Notes: a model not told the origin generated them from the letters alone. A DNA stretch of 61,362 nucleotides, filler included, from Globobulimina sp. (GCA_003354225.1; 20 parts of 20 records of this genome joined end to end with filler, not necessarily neighbours in it), one strand, 5' to 3'; shown: positions 33,561-46,116, counted from the first letter of the whole stretch. A program made the numbers and translations.

Positions 33561-35519
33561 TTGTATTCTATATTGTAGTTTGCAAGGAACAAAAAAGGGA
33601 TTAGAACTTAAATAAAACTGAAGTAAAACTGAAGTAAGAATAAAAAACAACTATTAATATATAATAAATATAATCACCAATCAAAACCCGTGTTCAACGA
33701 ATAGAACAATGTGTTTTGATNNNNNNNNNNNNNNNNNNNNNNNNNNNNNNNNNNNNNNNNNNNNTTAATTAATTAANNNNNNNNNNNNNNNNNNNNNNNN
33801 NNNNNNNNNNNNNNNNNNNNGATTTCTCAATATTAAAATGCGATGTTGTTATTCTCCAAAACTTTGACAAACTGATGATTGCGATTGGTCAATACTACAA
33901 GAAACTGGTCAAAAATGAACTGCATATCTAAACTTTGTATATGTTGATCGCAAAGTGGAGCGATGTCGAGAATTTACCATTCAAACATGTAGCATCTTAC
34001 TAAAACTTAGTGAAAATGTTATGATGGTAAATCAAATCATTTGCGGTACTAACACTCATTCAATAACTTTTCACCAAAACCAATGACATAATATCGTAAA
34101 TTACCATTACAAACGAAAAAAATGGAATTGAACGGCATGAATGAATATGAACGGTAATGAATGATGGAATTGAGCATTCTGGTCCAGGTAGAATTACTCA
34201 TTCAAATCGTGTGTGGATAAATCTAGCGAAGATGATGTTTATTTTGAGATGATAAGATGCATTTTTTTGATTGTTGTGCCGTAATCTCCAATAAAAATGC
34301 AGCATTTTCATCTTTACAGTTTATTTCTATTTCCTTTTCCTGTATGATGAATTTTGATAAAAATTGCGAATGTATGTTTTCAAGTTATTAAAAGTTGAAA
34401 ATATAGACATAAATGAAGCAGAATGACATTACTTTTGTTGAATTTGCATTCTCAGCCTATTGCCAGTCAATGTGAGTCATTGCAAGTATTCATTCAAGCA
34501 GTCATTCAAATACACGATTTCAAGGTAAAACATTTTTAAAACATTTTGATGAATTTACAAAATTATCCGCAGCAAATACAATATGATCATTCACTGCAGG
34601 TGGAGCTACTTAAAGATATTATGTGGTAAATATCAACTATTGAACGTAAATGGTATGAGGAATTATTCAGTCAGCAACGACACTGTATTCGATTTTGTTC
34701 ATAACCCAGGTTACAATAATGTAACTCTGGTAACAATGTCCAACAACGGACTTTATATTTTGTGTCAATGAGTGCATTATTATACATGCAATCTAAGCCA
34801 GCAATTTTTGCCAAATTGAATGGATCATCTATACCCATCAAACCAATATTACAATACCAGAGATTTGTATGATATTGATATTAAAATATAATAACAAATT
34901 ATATGCCGCAAGTTTATAGTGCTGGCTTGTTTATACTTGTAACTAAACCTCGTAAAGAGGTATTTGGATTTTAGGGAATCCATTGAAATGTTGATGAATG
35001 TAATTGATTGATTTAATATAATAACAGAGCGAGGCCAGGGCAATGCATAATAAGCACCTCCTGCAATGCAAGCTGCCGTTACACATAGACAAAAACAAAA
35101 AGTAAGCTCTGTCATTGAAAGCATGAAGATTTTTGAAAGAAAGTTTTTACTGATGAAACATCAGAAAAAACTCCAAAGACTCACACAAAACAGAAACACA
35201 CAAACACACAAAAAATAGAAAGAAGAAATTAGTGCAAAAAAGAAACGAAATAGTGCTTAAAACAAACATGGTAATGGTAAATACAACAAAAATATGCGCA
35301 TAGATCAAGCAGAGCACTGGACCAATCCAGAAGATACAGGTTCGAATTCTGTGGCGACAGCCAATCATCTTGTAATGGGTTTGGATTTTATGGAATGAAT
35401 GACGATTTTAATAGAGAAAAAAAGGGATTTATGAAACTATCCAAGGGTGCCGTGGTGATACAACACCATCAAATATAATTTCCACCAGAAGGTTAGGATC
35501 CGAACCTCAGCAAACTAAA

Positions 35520-35845
35520 TTAAATTAAACAGATGGCAGCGGCGACGAAGATACAAGACATTTGATACAAGACATTTGCCGCTGTGATGGGTTGACTGAG
35601 ATCCTCATAATACGCCAAATAACCGGCTCGGTCCCATTTGTATGAGGTAATGAAGCCATTCACAGTCTTATCTGTGATCAATTCGATGAAAGTCGACAAG
35701 GCATAATCCTGCATATCAAAGGAAAACAAGTAAGTCGCAAATATGGTGCCTCAATCAAAATAAACTTACCGGAAATCGCCAGACGAGGCTGGGCGGCCCG
35801 TACTGTACCAAATGTGATTTCTGTTTGTCATCGAGATTCTTAGAA
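35520..35845 (-). CDS. Possible exons of an unknown multi-exon gene or relic (intron 35709-35769)
   Basis: A strong donor (CCG|GTAAGT) and acceptor (TGCAG|GAT) join WRFP-DYALSTF in frame. No start codon or family was recognised. Confidence 0.3.
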
Positions 35846-36116
35846 GACAAAATCGCCAATCATATTAGAGGATGTCCAACTAAATGTCTCGAAAAACTTT
35901 TACTTTTAAAGTCTACTTATGTCTAAGATGATTGGTCGTAACTAATGCTGTTTATGGATTGGATGAATGGATATTATTATTTAATTAATTAAACACGACC
36001 CTCTGCTATGACACGCATGCTCTAAAAACACAACAAACAAATTAATTGCATATGTAGCGTGAAAATGCAGTATATCAAACAGCATCTTTATCACGTTGCA
36101 TTATACAAATTATACT

Positions 36117-36166
36117 GATTGGATTGGGATGAATTGGATTGGATTGGGATGAATTGGATTGGATTG
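36117..36166. repeat. 20-bp tandem repeat x2.5 (GATTGGATTGGGATGAATTG)
   Basis: Directly visible in the sequence. Confidence 0.9.
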
Positions 36167-36187
36167 CAATTAATTATTGGATTATTA

Positions 36188-36359
36188 TGGTGATGGCCTA
36201 GCGCATAGCCATAATCACCACAACGAACAACACAAAATTTGGAAAAAATGAAAAAAAATGAAGGAAGGACAGTGGTCTTTGCTGACCACGAATTGAATAG
36301 AAAAAGAAAAAATGATTTGGATGAATATGATGATGAGCTAGTGCATACCCATCATCATA
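36188..36359. other. Two related hairpins with a shared loop CTAGYGCATA
   Basis: 36188-36220 tggtgatggc-ctagcgcata-gccataatcacca; 36326-36359 tatgatgatgag-ctagtgcata-cccatcatcata. Confidence 0.6.
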
Positions 36360-36428
36360 ATTTAAATTGATTGTTTTTGTTTTGTTTGTCGATCTGACAG
36401 TTGTCAGATATCTATCCTTGCATAAAAA

Positions 36429-36490
36429 TGTGATTGGGATTTGAACCCAAATCTTCTTTAATAAGACGCTCTCATTGAGCTATCATCACT
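36429..36490 (-). pseudogene. Degenerate tRNA-like element (tRNA pseudogene or SINE head)
   Basis: The minus strand reads GTGA TGATA GCTC-AATGA-GAGC G TCTT-ATTA-AAGA AGAT TTGGG-TTCAAAT-CCCAA TCAC A. D- and T-arms and A/B boxes are recognisable. The anticodon loop is only 4 nt and the acceptor stem is shortened. Confidence 0.7.
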
Positions 36491-36494
36491 ATCT

Positions 36495-36793
36495 TAAATA
36501 GATGCGAATTATGCCGCGAATCAATATGCCAAATATCACAGTCAATTGATCCATACTCGGCGATAAAGGAATGGATCGGATGGCGGCGTTAAACGCAAAT
36601 TCTCCTTCAACATTTGCAACAATTCACCAAATATACAGCCCACACTCCACATATCGACGGCACGTAAATATTGACGCTTTTGTTGCAACAAAACCACGAG
36701 TCACCACATGTTGCGTCAACTTCCTACGCCCATTATTGGCGGTGTTGCGCTTCGACCGCATCGCGCCATGAATGATGGCTTTGTGCTGCTGCT
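36495..36793 (-). pseudogene. MAP kinase pseudogene fragment with an atypical TQH activation motif
   Basis: RKLTQHVVTR, deletion/frameshift removing WYRAPE, LLQQKRQYLRAVDMWSVGCIFGELLQM, second frameshift, DQLTVIF. Confidence 0.82.
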
Positions 36794-36893
36794 NNNNNNN
36801 NNNNNNNNNNNNNNNNNNNNNNNNNNNNNNNNNNNNNTTAATTAATTAANNNNNNNNNNNNNNNNNNNNNNNNNNNNNNNNNNNNNNNNNNNN

Positions 36894-37543
36894 CTCAGAA
36901 TATGAGTAGTTGACTCATAAAAACTCTGAATATGAATATTTGACTCTGAATTTGTACTCAAACTCATATATTTTTGAGTGTTCCAAAAAAACCAAAAAGA
37001 ATAAAAACGAGTAAAAAAGAGTAAAAAAGAGTTAAAAGAGTATATTTTTACTCAATTTTAAACTCATATTTAGTACTGTGTGACTCACAAAGAGTACAAA
37101 AAAAAACACATATTTTTACTCATTTTTTACTCATATATTCACATGAATTTTTTTTTTACTCATATATATTCACATGAATTTTTTTGATTCACATGACTTT
37201 TTTTTAATTTTTTTTTTTGAAAAATTGTCGAATTTTTATGTTCTTTGACTCATATATACTCTTGACCCTCACTCTTGTGAATCATATATGTACTCTTCCA
37301 TACTCAAATGAGTATTTTTTATACTCTTTTAAACTCAAATGAGCACTATTATACTCAGAATATGAGTATTTTACTCAAAAAAAATGAAAATAACTCATTT
37401 TTACTCAAAATATAGCCGTTTTGACTCATTTTGAGTACAAAAATGAGCATTTTTTTGGTTGTGAGTAAAAATGAGGTAAAAGAGTATATATGTACTCATT
37501 TTTAAACTCATATTTAGTACCTGGTGACTCATTTTGAGTATAA
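36894..37543. repeat. AT-rich array of direct and inverted GAGTA/ACTCA motifs, probably a DNA-transposon terminal region
   Basis: Many tgactca/tactca/gagta copies. Longer duplications are ctcagaatatgagta (36894, about 37354) and ttttaaactcatatttagtac...gtgactca (about 37056 and 37500). Confidence 0.7.
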
Positions 37544-39784
37544 ATGAATCTTTTTTCCAAACTCATACCGATCATTTGGACATTTTTTCCAAACTTTTTT
37601 CCAAATATAAGTGCCCTATATATGCGCCATTTGGACATTGAAACGCTTAACCAACGTTCCAATGGTCATTATTTCCCGTCTCATCGCGACCCATACAAAC
37701 TATTTGTGCAAAATAGTGGGTTGTCGCACCTCTCCAAAGTGGAATTACGGCAATTGTTGGATAAGACCGACCACTATTTAATGATGTATGAAAATGAGTC
37801 CGCATTACCACCGCAGTACACCGCATGGTACGATGGATATGACAGCGAAAACGTAACACATCAGAAGTCATTACTCGCGAATGATGTGTTTGATTCTGAT
37901 GCATCTAATGAATGGATGCCATCGTCAAATCCAAAAACGACTGTGTCTTCCTCGGATACTGACGGCAATGACTCATTTGTGGCACGAAAACGGAAGCAAA
38001 AGCGACGATTAAATAAGAAATTTCGATCGAAGTCACGCAAGGCTAAATCCAAGGCTAGATTGAAGCCAAAATCGAAGCGCAAAAATCGCACATTTATTGC
38101 ACCTGTGAAGCGTACATTGGCCACGCCTAATTCACATCAAATTGTGCCCGAATCTGGCATAAAACCACGCAAAAATAAGCGAAAGCGCGCAGTATTCGAA
38201 TCCATAGATACAATTCCTTCAAATAATATCTATACCAGTCAGAATCAGGGAAGGACTGCTGCAATCGCTGATAAGATTGCTCCACAACCTGTGTTGACCC
38301 TGCCTGACTTGAATTTCCTAATTCAGAATACGTCTAACGACAAACAAGAGATGGATATTAGCGATAATGAGCAGAAACAAAGTCACAAACCTGTGCCAAA
38401 TGCGCCAAAACGTGCAAATCGTAAGTTTTACCCGCCACCGGCACCAAACTGTGATGCTTTCGAAACTCTGCGCAATATTCCCTCTCCGCCACGCTATGAA
38501 CGACCCAAGCACGATTATATCAAATCCCGAGAATTGCCTTGGGCAATGCGTAAATCTACGGTACGGCAACATAGGCCTGTCCAACGCCATAAACGCATGT
38601 CAGTACGCCCAAATGACGGACTATCCAATGCTGATTTGAAGGCACCATTGAATAGAGATATAAGGCAGGGATGTATCGATAATAATAAGTCCGATAATCA
38701 GCAAATCTTTGAGGACAAACCCACCGAGCATATTTGGAACGCCAATACATTACTCCCTCGCTTTGAAATCCCCATCGCTGATTATGGCAATGTTTTGTGT
38801 AGCGACACACACTACAGTCGGACTTTGATACGTCTCAAACAAAGGGAAGATCCACACATTTGGGGCATCATTCATTACCTTAAAACCGGCAATAATCTGA
38901 TTCCCAACGATTTCCCTATGTATTTGAAACGTTTTATGTTGGCTGGCAGATATGATTTGGATGTGAATGACATACTTGTGTGGAAACACGGCAATGGTAA
39001 ACATCGTTTACGCGTGATACCACCCGCGCTCCGCCAGTCATTGATTGACCATTTGCATACGGGTCACAGCGCCCTACGCCACCCACAAGTGCACCATTTC
39101 CACCACGGCAGTCAGAAAATGCTGTCCATTCTCAAAAACACTTTGAATTATTGTTGGCCTAAGGTTGAGCACCACATCAAAACGCATTGCATATGTTGCA
39201 ACACATGTCAGCATGTCAAACCTGGCATTTACCGCAAATGGCGACGCGGAGGTCAAATGAAGCTTTTCGTTGCCACTCGACCGTTTGAACAAATATCTGT
39301 GGACATCGTCGGTCCTTTGCCTACGAGCCATTCTGGTAATAGATATATTGTGTCAATGATTGACAGCTTCAGCCGTTATTGCATGCTCGTGCCCGTCAAA
39401 TCTGTCACTGTAATGGACGTAGTCCATTCAATTGATCGATGGATAACCACTTTTGGTCCGCCAAAATCTATTTTATCCGACAATGGCCCGCAATTTATTA
39501 GTAATATCTATAAAGATTACAATAAAAATTGCAGAGATGGCAATATAGGCATAAAAAGAAAATATACATCGACATATTACCCGCAAAGTAATGGGCAAAT
39601 TGAGCGAGTGCATCGTTGGATCAAAGAACGATTGGCATTGATAGCCTATGATGGCGCCAAAAACTTCGTTGACGGCACTGATGATTGGTCGGACTACCTC
39701 GGACTTATACAATATACCTATAATTCGACGCCAAATGGCATGACTACGTACAGTAGTGTTCCCGATAAGAGGTACGCATATTAG
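37544..39784 (+). mobile_element. Ty3/Gypsy-type integrase (HHCC + DDE core) of a truncated element
   Basis: HHG...CNTCQ zinc finger, PFEQISVDIVGPLP...NRYIVSMIDSFSRY, PKSILSDNGPQF, YPQSNGQIERVHR, YNSTP. Preceded by a long basic low-complexity region. Confidence 0.92.
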
Positions 39785-39866
39785 TACTAATATATATATT
39801 AGTTGTACTAATATATTTATAGAATGGAGCACATGTCACGCATTTTTTTACTAATATATAATATAT
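39751..39866 (+). mobile_element. Probable Tc1/mariner/pogo-like element end inserted at TA, truncating the integrase
   Basis: Integrase similarity stops at cgTA|CAGTAGTGTTCCC and is followed by AT-rich tactaatatat repeats. Confidence 0.45.
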
Positions 39867-40429
39867 NNNNNNNNNNNNNNNNNNNNNNNNNNNNNNNNNN
39901 NNNNNNNNNNTTAATTAATTAANNNNNNNNNNNNNNNNNNNNNNNNNNNNNNNNNNNNNNNNNNNNATGTGAATAGGTTTTATACTGCGCTCAGATGCCT
40001 GGCTCAGAATTGTTGTGCTCAAAGCATTTGGAGAATAGCGCTCAGAATTGCTTATAGCGTAAGATTTGAGCTGATATTCCATTGATGATCTCCTTTGAGC
40101 GTACGTTTCTGCTTATTTTCCATCAATTATATATAAAGAAATAAACAACACGTAAACAGTAACGGGGTCGTTCTTTATTTCTAATCATAATGATACAATC
40201 ACAATTAACAAATTAAATCCGAGGAAACAATTCATTGCTTGAGTCATTACGCCACATAAAGGGCCTTTACAGGTTCTTGAATATGATGGGAGTGGATATT
40301 ATTTGATAAACTACAGAATATGTTATCCATTTGATAAACTACATTTGATTAAGCTTACTGAAACATGAGAAGAAAGTCCGAGCGTACAGTGAATTTATTT
40401 AAGTTGGTTTTAATCTTTGCATAATCAGC

Positions 40430-41139
40430 ATGGGAAGTTATATTTATTCAGAACGCTGTGCTGACGAAGATAATGACAAAACAGGAAATACCAACTCAAT
40501 CTGGAGCTTATTTGGAAATGGACAAAAAGATGAAAATAAAAATGATGTTAACAACAATGCATCTAAATCATGGCTAAAGAAGATAAGCATTGAACGAGAA
40601 GTAATTCAACATTTTATAGGTTATCAAGGCAAAATACAGTATTACAAAGTTGGTAGTTGGACAAGTCACGGAAGTGTTATTGTTAGAAAGGAAGAAGGAA
40701 ATAGTAAAACTGCAGCAAAAACCCATTTAATCTTTGATGGAAATGGATGGATTGTGAAGGTTCAACAATCGATATGGAGACCTGATCCATTACAGTGCAG
40801 TATAAATGATAGCAAACATTCATGGAACATAATAAAAGCAATAAGGTATATATATATTAGTATTTTAAACTTTGTTGTTGTTGACTTGTTGTACTACATA
40901 ACATCTTACAAATAAGTGCTGTGTATCAAGTGTCATCCAAATTTGGTGCATGGAATTATTTTATGAATAATTGTCAGCATTTTAGAAATGATGTGGTTGA
41001 TATTATGCTTGCTAAGGGACCTAAGCACTTCCAAGGAATTGGTGATGGAGAACAAATTACGAATTGGGATGATTTCTGGGATGCTTTGGATGAAATTGAG
41101 ATTGATGGTTGTGTTGAGATTGTAAACAAAAAAAAATAA
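40430..41139 (+). CDS. Permuted papain-fold (PPPDE/LRAT-like) protein (intron 40846-40916)
   Basis: N-terminal SHGSV and THLI His motifs and a C-terminal WNYFMNNCQHF. A 71-nt intron joins the ORFs in frame. Confidence 0.6.
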
Positions 41140-41360
41140 AAAAATAGTTATTGTTTTTGAGTGAAAAGGAATGTGCTGTATGTTGATTGTGACCATACTT
41201 TCCCTGTAGATTGGTTCGATTCGAAAGGACATATTCCTTTTTAACCAATCTACAGGGAAAGTATGTGCACATGTATCTGTAGCATATTTCATTTGAGAGT
41301 TGTCGGGTTGTAAACGTTAAAGTGAATAAATTAAAATCTTATTGTCATTAAGCAGAATGC

Positions 41361-42938
41361 TCAATATCCAGGTACAGCAATTCGTAATTGCGATTTTACC
41401 TTTTTCAACAAATCTTGATCCATTCTTTGTTTATCGACAACATGTTGCGCAATTTTCATAACCAACCCTATGTCAATTATCTTTGTTAAGTAAATCAACA
41501 AATTAAAATCCGATAAAGCAACATGCAATTCCTTATCTTTATGATGTGCCAAATGTTTACGGATATGATCAATCGTCGCATTTTGAGGCGATGGGAAATG
41601 TACATAGGAGAATATATGTTGTTGTTGCTTGGCCAATGTAGCAATGATATTCACCAACACCGCATCAGGCGGGAAATGCTCACCTTGTCTTATCTCCTTA
41701 TTCTCATTCACGACGCCCGGCAAATATAGTTTTGTCGGTGGTACATTTACTTGCATAAAGCCGTAATTATCCTTTTTATCATCAGTCAATGAGGTGCTTC
41801 CAGCGGCGATTAAGCCATTTTTGATCATTGCCACGCCTTGATCCGAGATCATATAACACTGAGCCTCCTTCATTCCGACATGACATATTAAGGTGACAAA
41901 CTTACTAAAACCAGTGTTTTTATTCTTATATTTTTCTTGCAACCGCGCCGAATTAAATATTTCTTGCCCACTCATAAATATATCACCATTATATTTTTTG
42001 CCCCCACGCGGCAACGTTGTATATATGATGCCAATACGCTCCATGCCACAGCCTCGAATTACGGAATCAATCAAATCTGCGTTATGGTCTTTTAATAATT
42101 TCACGCCGCGGCCATCTCCCTTTTGTGGAGGCTCATACAATGCATAGATTTTGGCACACATCAATTTGCCGGATTTTTTGATCTTTGTTGAGGTTTGGAT
42201 TTTCTTTTTCTTTTCTAAATTATTATCAACGAATTCATATTTACCAATCAAATATGCACATTTTTGTACGGCACTATTTTTCTCCCATTCTCTCTGTTAA
42301 GTATGTAAATTAAACCAAGTTGACATGATGTCAAGTAAAAAAACTTTACTTTGGATCATGTCACCGTCATTTTAATGTTACACCTTTTTTTAGCAGACAT
42401 ACCTTAAATTTTTCATATGGTGAACTATCATAAAATGTAGCAACATCAACATGTCGATATTTCTGTCGAATAATGACTGCGTTTGGTGGTAAATCACTGA
42501 AATGCACTGTATTTCCCATTGGTACCGCTGTTTATTTAATTTTTTTTTGTAATTCCGCAAAATCGCAAAAATATTGAAACATAAAAACATACGCTTATAA
42601 TCATATTGTGGTGGATCAATATTCCATGGTTGAGTTTTAGAATACTTTTGTTGTCTCTCTTCAATGTATTCGTGATATGGGACATGTTTTGGTCCAGCAT
42701 CAACAACAGGTTCTTTTTTCAAATCAGTCAATTTTTTTGTTTGTTTATTTCCTTTTCGATTTGCCATTGGTTTTAATTTATATGTTGTCTGTTTATTTTG
42801 TGACTGATATTTTTCATCATTATCATGATCATCATCATCGTTATTGGATGGTTTTGCTTTTTCAATTTGTTGTTCCTGCGTTCTCTGTTTATATGCATTG
42901 ATTTGATTTTGTACCATTATGAGGTAAATCATAGTTCC
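41361..42938 (-). CDS. NPL4: Nuclear protein localization protein 4 (p97/Cdc48 cofactor), 5'-truncated (introns 42528-42592, 42294-42402)
   Basis: The spliced product contains PPNAVIIRQKYRHVD, AYLIGKYE, ALYEPPQ, IGIIYT, FMSGQE, SKFVT, YMISDQG and LSDFNLL. Confidence 0.9.
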
Positions 42939-43038
42939 NNNNNNNNNNNNNNNNNNNNNNNNNNNNNNNNNNNNNNNNNNNNTTAATTAATTAANNNNNN
43001 NNNNNNNNNNNNNNNNNNNNNNNNNNNNNNNNNNNNNN

Positions 43039-43265
43039 ATTAATATTGGTTTTGGTTTTGGTTTCTTTGGTCTGGATAGAATAATATTGGATATTATCTC
43101 ATTAATAGTGTCACCATCATCTGCTGTGTTTAAAATTTGATGAAATAACGCTGCAAAAATAATACTGGTGTTATCAGTTAATAATTTATTCACAAAATGA
43201 ATAGTTTCCGGCTGTGATAATTGATCTGCTAAAAAGCGAAATTTTACCGCTTTCGTCAGCGACAT
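43039..43265 (-). CDS. N-terminal fragment of an unknown protein
   Basis: ATG at 43265 with an open frame into the linker. Confidence 0.45.
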
Positions 43266-43385
43266 GCAGAGCACACTTAGAAACTAAAAAACAGTACGAT
43301 TAGAAACTACCAGCAAGCGAAAAATGACAAGGAGTTTTAATCAATTATTAAATATTAAATTAAACGTCCAATGGTTTTGTATCAT

Positions 43386-45665
43386 TTATGTACACAGCGG
43401 AGGTGGCGATGATTTCATATCGTTTAACAACACTCCCTGTACTTTTGAATATAATTTATCATATTTTGATTTCCAATCTGCTGTCGTTTCATTTGATTCT
43501 TTCAATTCTAATGCTAGCGTATTATTTTTCTCTTTTTCTATCAAATATAATTCTTTGTAACTCGTATTATTTTCATCATTCTCCATTTCTTTTCTCTTCC
43601 TCTTTCTATTATTATTACCATTACAGCCATCAATAAAACTGATACGTGTAACTGAACATTTTTGTTTCTTTGCAACAGTTTTACTTCTAAGCCTCTTTGG
43701 CTTCGTCAGTGGCAAATTATTGGTATTTATATCATACTCTTCCATTGATGTTGAATTTGAATTTGATTTTTCATCCACAGCCGGCGACATTGACGCATCC
43801 GACGAATTTGAAGGTGTACATCGCACTCTTTTTTGCGGCGGTTCACCATTATGTCCATTAACAACAAGCTCACTCTTCTCCTGCTTAATAATGTGTTTAT
43901 TTGTGTACGTCTCCTCCACAGATATTAACATGCAGCCAGCGCAAATATCAAAATTCTTACACTGTGTACAGGTAAAATAAAAGGCAATTTGTGGGATCTT
44001 ATTCCTATTTAAATCATCATATTTAAAGGCATTGAACGACAGACATCGGTCCCCTTCTTTCTTTCCTTTCTGTTTCTCGTAATAATCCTTATGAATATCG
44101 CAATAAATAACCGATGCGATGTCGGTCGACGGGATGGTATTTTTCCGCATAAACAACATCTCGGAATTACTGCAATTCCCACAGCGCGGATTAATTTTCT
44201 TGTATACATTTTGGTTTTGGGGCTCTGCGGAATCTGAATCCATAAATCGCAAAATAGAATGGTCAACATTCAATTTGGCGACTTTAAAAACCGTATATTT
44301 GTTACAATCAATCTTGAACTTGAGCTCATTATCATTTTTCAAAATTGTTCCGGAGGTCTTCCCGAAGGGATATTCTTGCTCCATGTGATTGGACGAAAAA
44401 ACAATTTCATATTCGACCTGATTCGATTCCTGAGAACAAGTAATCACTTCGTACCATATCCCGTTATCAATCTGATTGTATCCGATGTCAACCCATAAGC
44501 CACTAAAAGGGAAATATGCAATTTGTTTGGAGTCATAATTGTATTTATCATCACCGGCACAAATCTCGCACAAAAATATGGAATTCTCGTTGTTGACACA
44601 GCATGTCATACAATGGTAATATGCGATGGAGGTATCATACAAATCGCGATTACATTTGTTGCAGTTTACGCCCTCACTGCCATTCATGGTCCATTGTACT
44701 TTGTTTTTATGGCAATTTGTGTGAAATCCCCTAAATAATTCCAACCGTTTGGCACAAATACAGCATAATAGACATTGCCGCGTATTATTATTATATTTGA
44801 CAGTTGCGAGGTTATTAGAATTCGCGTTGTTATTATTACATAACTGTGGGAAATATTTCTTCATCAAACGGCTCGACTCAGTCATACATTTAACGGCAAA
44901 TTTATGAATTTTATGATGTTTTGGGTTGAATTCCTGTGCATTTTTCCAAATCAACATCAGGTTTGCACAGAGTTGTTTGGGTGATTTTAAATTGTTGCAT
45001 TCGATCAATGTTTTCAAGGATTCGATGTCCATCGGATTCTGGATGATTTTGTAATAATTTGGCGCTGAATCTTGTTGCTCGTTGACGGGTTTTAAAAAGT
45101 ATTTAATCCACGTTTGGCATCGTTTGAGCTCTCGCAAAATGGCCAGAGATTTGTGTTTGAATGACAGAGTGGATAAATTCGAAGGGGATCGATTCATAAT
45201 ATCATCCATAATGTCGCTGTGTTTTACTTCTAATTTGTTGATTAAGTCTGGATATTCACTTAATTGTTCTATTGGAACTGTGAATAGATTCTCCTGTTCC
45301 GCACACCACAAAGTGGAGAGACACCAATCGTGGTTAAAGCGAGCGGAACGATATGGTTTGCCATACCAGGCAATGGGATAGCTTTTATTGTATTGGATTC
45401 GGTTTATGATATCTTTTTCGGTTTTGCTGTGTTTTAAAAAAATACGTTCACTATTTTTGGAGTGTGGTGCATTGCATGCGACTTCATCGTATAAATGTGG
45501 TTTATTGTCCGTTGCGAATTTCACGCTGTAAGATTTTGTGGTGGGCCATTCGTTTCGTGTCGCTCTATGCAGTGAATAGTAATGTAAATCAAGCTGGTTT
45601 GCACCCACAATTCCGTTTTCATTTCGGTTTGAATGATAGCATAAGGAACACCATTGTTGAGACAT
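43386..45665 (-). CDS. Bromodomain protein with ZZ-like zinc fingers and a C-terminal coiled coil
   Basis: YFLKPVN...APNYYKIIQNPMD...LIWKNAQEFN; CNKC...YYHCMTC...LCEIC; FTCTQCKNFDICAGC. Confidence 0.85.
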   Translation of the reverse strand: MSQQWCSLCYHSNRNENGIVGANQLDLHYYSLHRATRNEWPTTKSYSVKFATDNKPHLYDEVACNAPHSKNSERIFLKHSKTEKDIINRIQYNKSYPIAWYGKPYRSARFNHDWCLSTLWCAEQENLFTVPIEQLSEYPDLINKLEVKHSDIMDDIMNRSPSNLSTLSFKHKSLAILRELKRCQTWIKYFLKPVNEQQDSAPNYYKIIQNPMDIESLKTLIECNNLKSPKQLCANLMLIWKNAQEFNPKHHKIHKFAVKCMTESSRLMKKYFPQLCNNNNANSNNLATVKYNNNTRQCLLCCICAKRLELFRGFHTNCHKNKVQWTMNGSEGVNCNKCNRDLYDTSIAYYHCMTCCVNNENSIFLCEICAGDDKYNYDSKQIAYFPFSGLWVDIGYNQIDNGIWYEVITCSQESNQVEYEIVFSSNHMEQEYPFGKTSGTILKNDNELKFKIDCNKYTVFKVAKLNVDHSILRFMDSDSAEPQNQNVYKKINPRCGNCSNSEMLFMRKNTIPSTDIASVIYCDIHKDYYEKQKGKKEGDRCLSFNAFKYDDLNRNKIPQIAFYFTCTQCKNFDICAGCMLISVEETYTNKHIIKQEKSELVVNGHNGEPPQKRVRCTPSNSSDASMSPAVDEKSNSNSTSMEEYDINTNNLPLTKPKRLRSKTVAKKQKCSVTRISFIDGCNGNNNRKRKRKEMENDENNTSYKELYLIEKEKNNTLALELKESNETTADWKSKYDKLYSKVQGVLLNDMKSSPPPLCT

Positions 45666-46116
45666 TGTTATTAAAGATTAAAGAGTTAAGAGTGGACTTT
45701 GCACTAATTATCATACCTGACGATTTTCATAATCATATCTGACGCTTTTCTTTGAGAGCTGCTGCTGACTGAATATGAAGGTAAATATTGAGAAATATCT
45801 AGAAACTAACGAGAAATATTACAGGATTCCCAAATTGAGCGCCTTAGAAGTAATCTCAGTAAATTAATGCAGAATGTAAAAATTAAATAAATAATGGCAA
45901 TTTTACAAATTTTGAGAAAATCACTGAAAAAATCATTGCTGTAAATTGCCAATATTGCCATAAATCATCAATGATATCATTTTAATGATTTCACGATGAT
46001 ATCATAATCNNNNNNNNNNNNNNNNNNNNNNNNNNNNNNNNNNNNNNNNNNNNTTAATTAATTAANNNNNNNNNNNNNNNNNNNNNNNNNNNNNNNNNNN
46101 NNNNNNNNNATCTTGG

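Noticed and set aside
33872-33910. Hammerhead ribozyme core (CTGATGA...GAAAC)
   Set aside because: No convincing stems I and III or NUH cleavage site could be built. The CTGATGA at about 35150 is a simple hairpin.
33821-35368. Short hydrophobic ORFs (34583, 34849, 35147)
   Set aside because: They have no recognisable motifs, and their hydrophobicity is expected from T-rich non-coding DNA.
36429-36490. Functional tRNA gene
   Set aside because: The anticodon loop is 4 nt, the D-loop GG is absent and the acceptor stem is only 4 bp, so it is kept as tRNA-like only.
29012-39784. GHKL ATPase, gag-like ORF and integrase as one defence island or viral element
   Set aside because: They lie on different contigs that are adjacent only because of length sorting.
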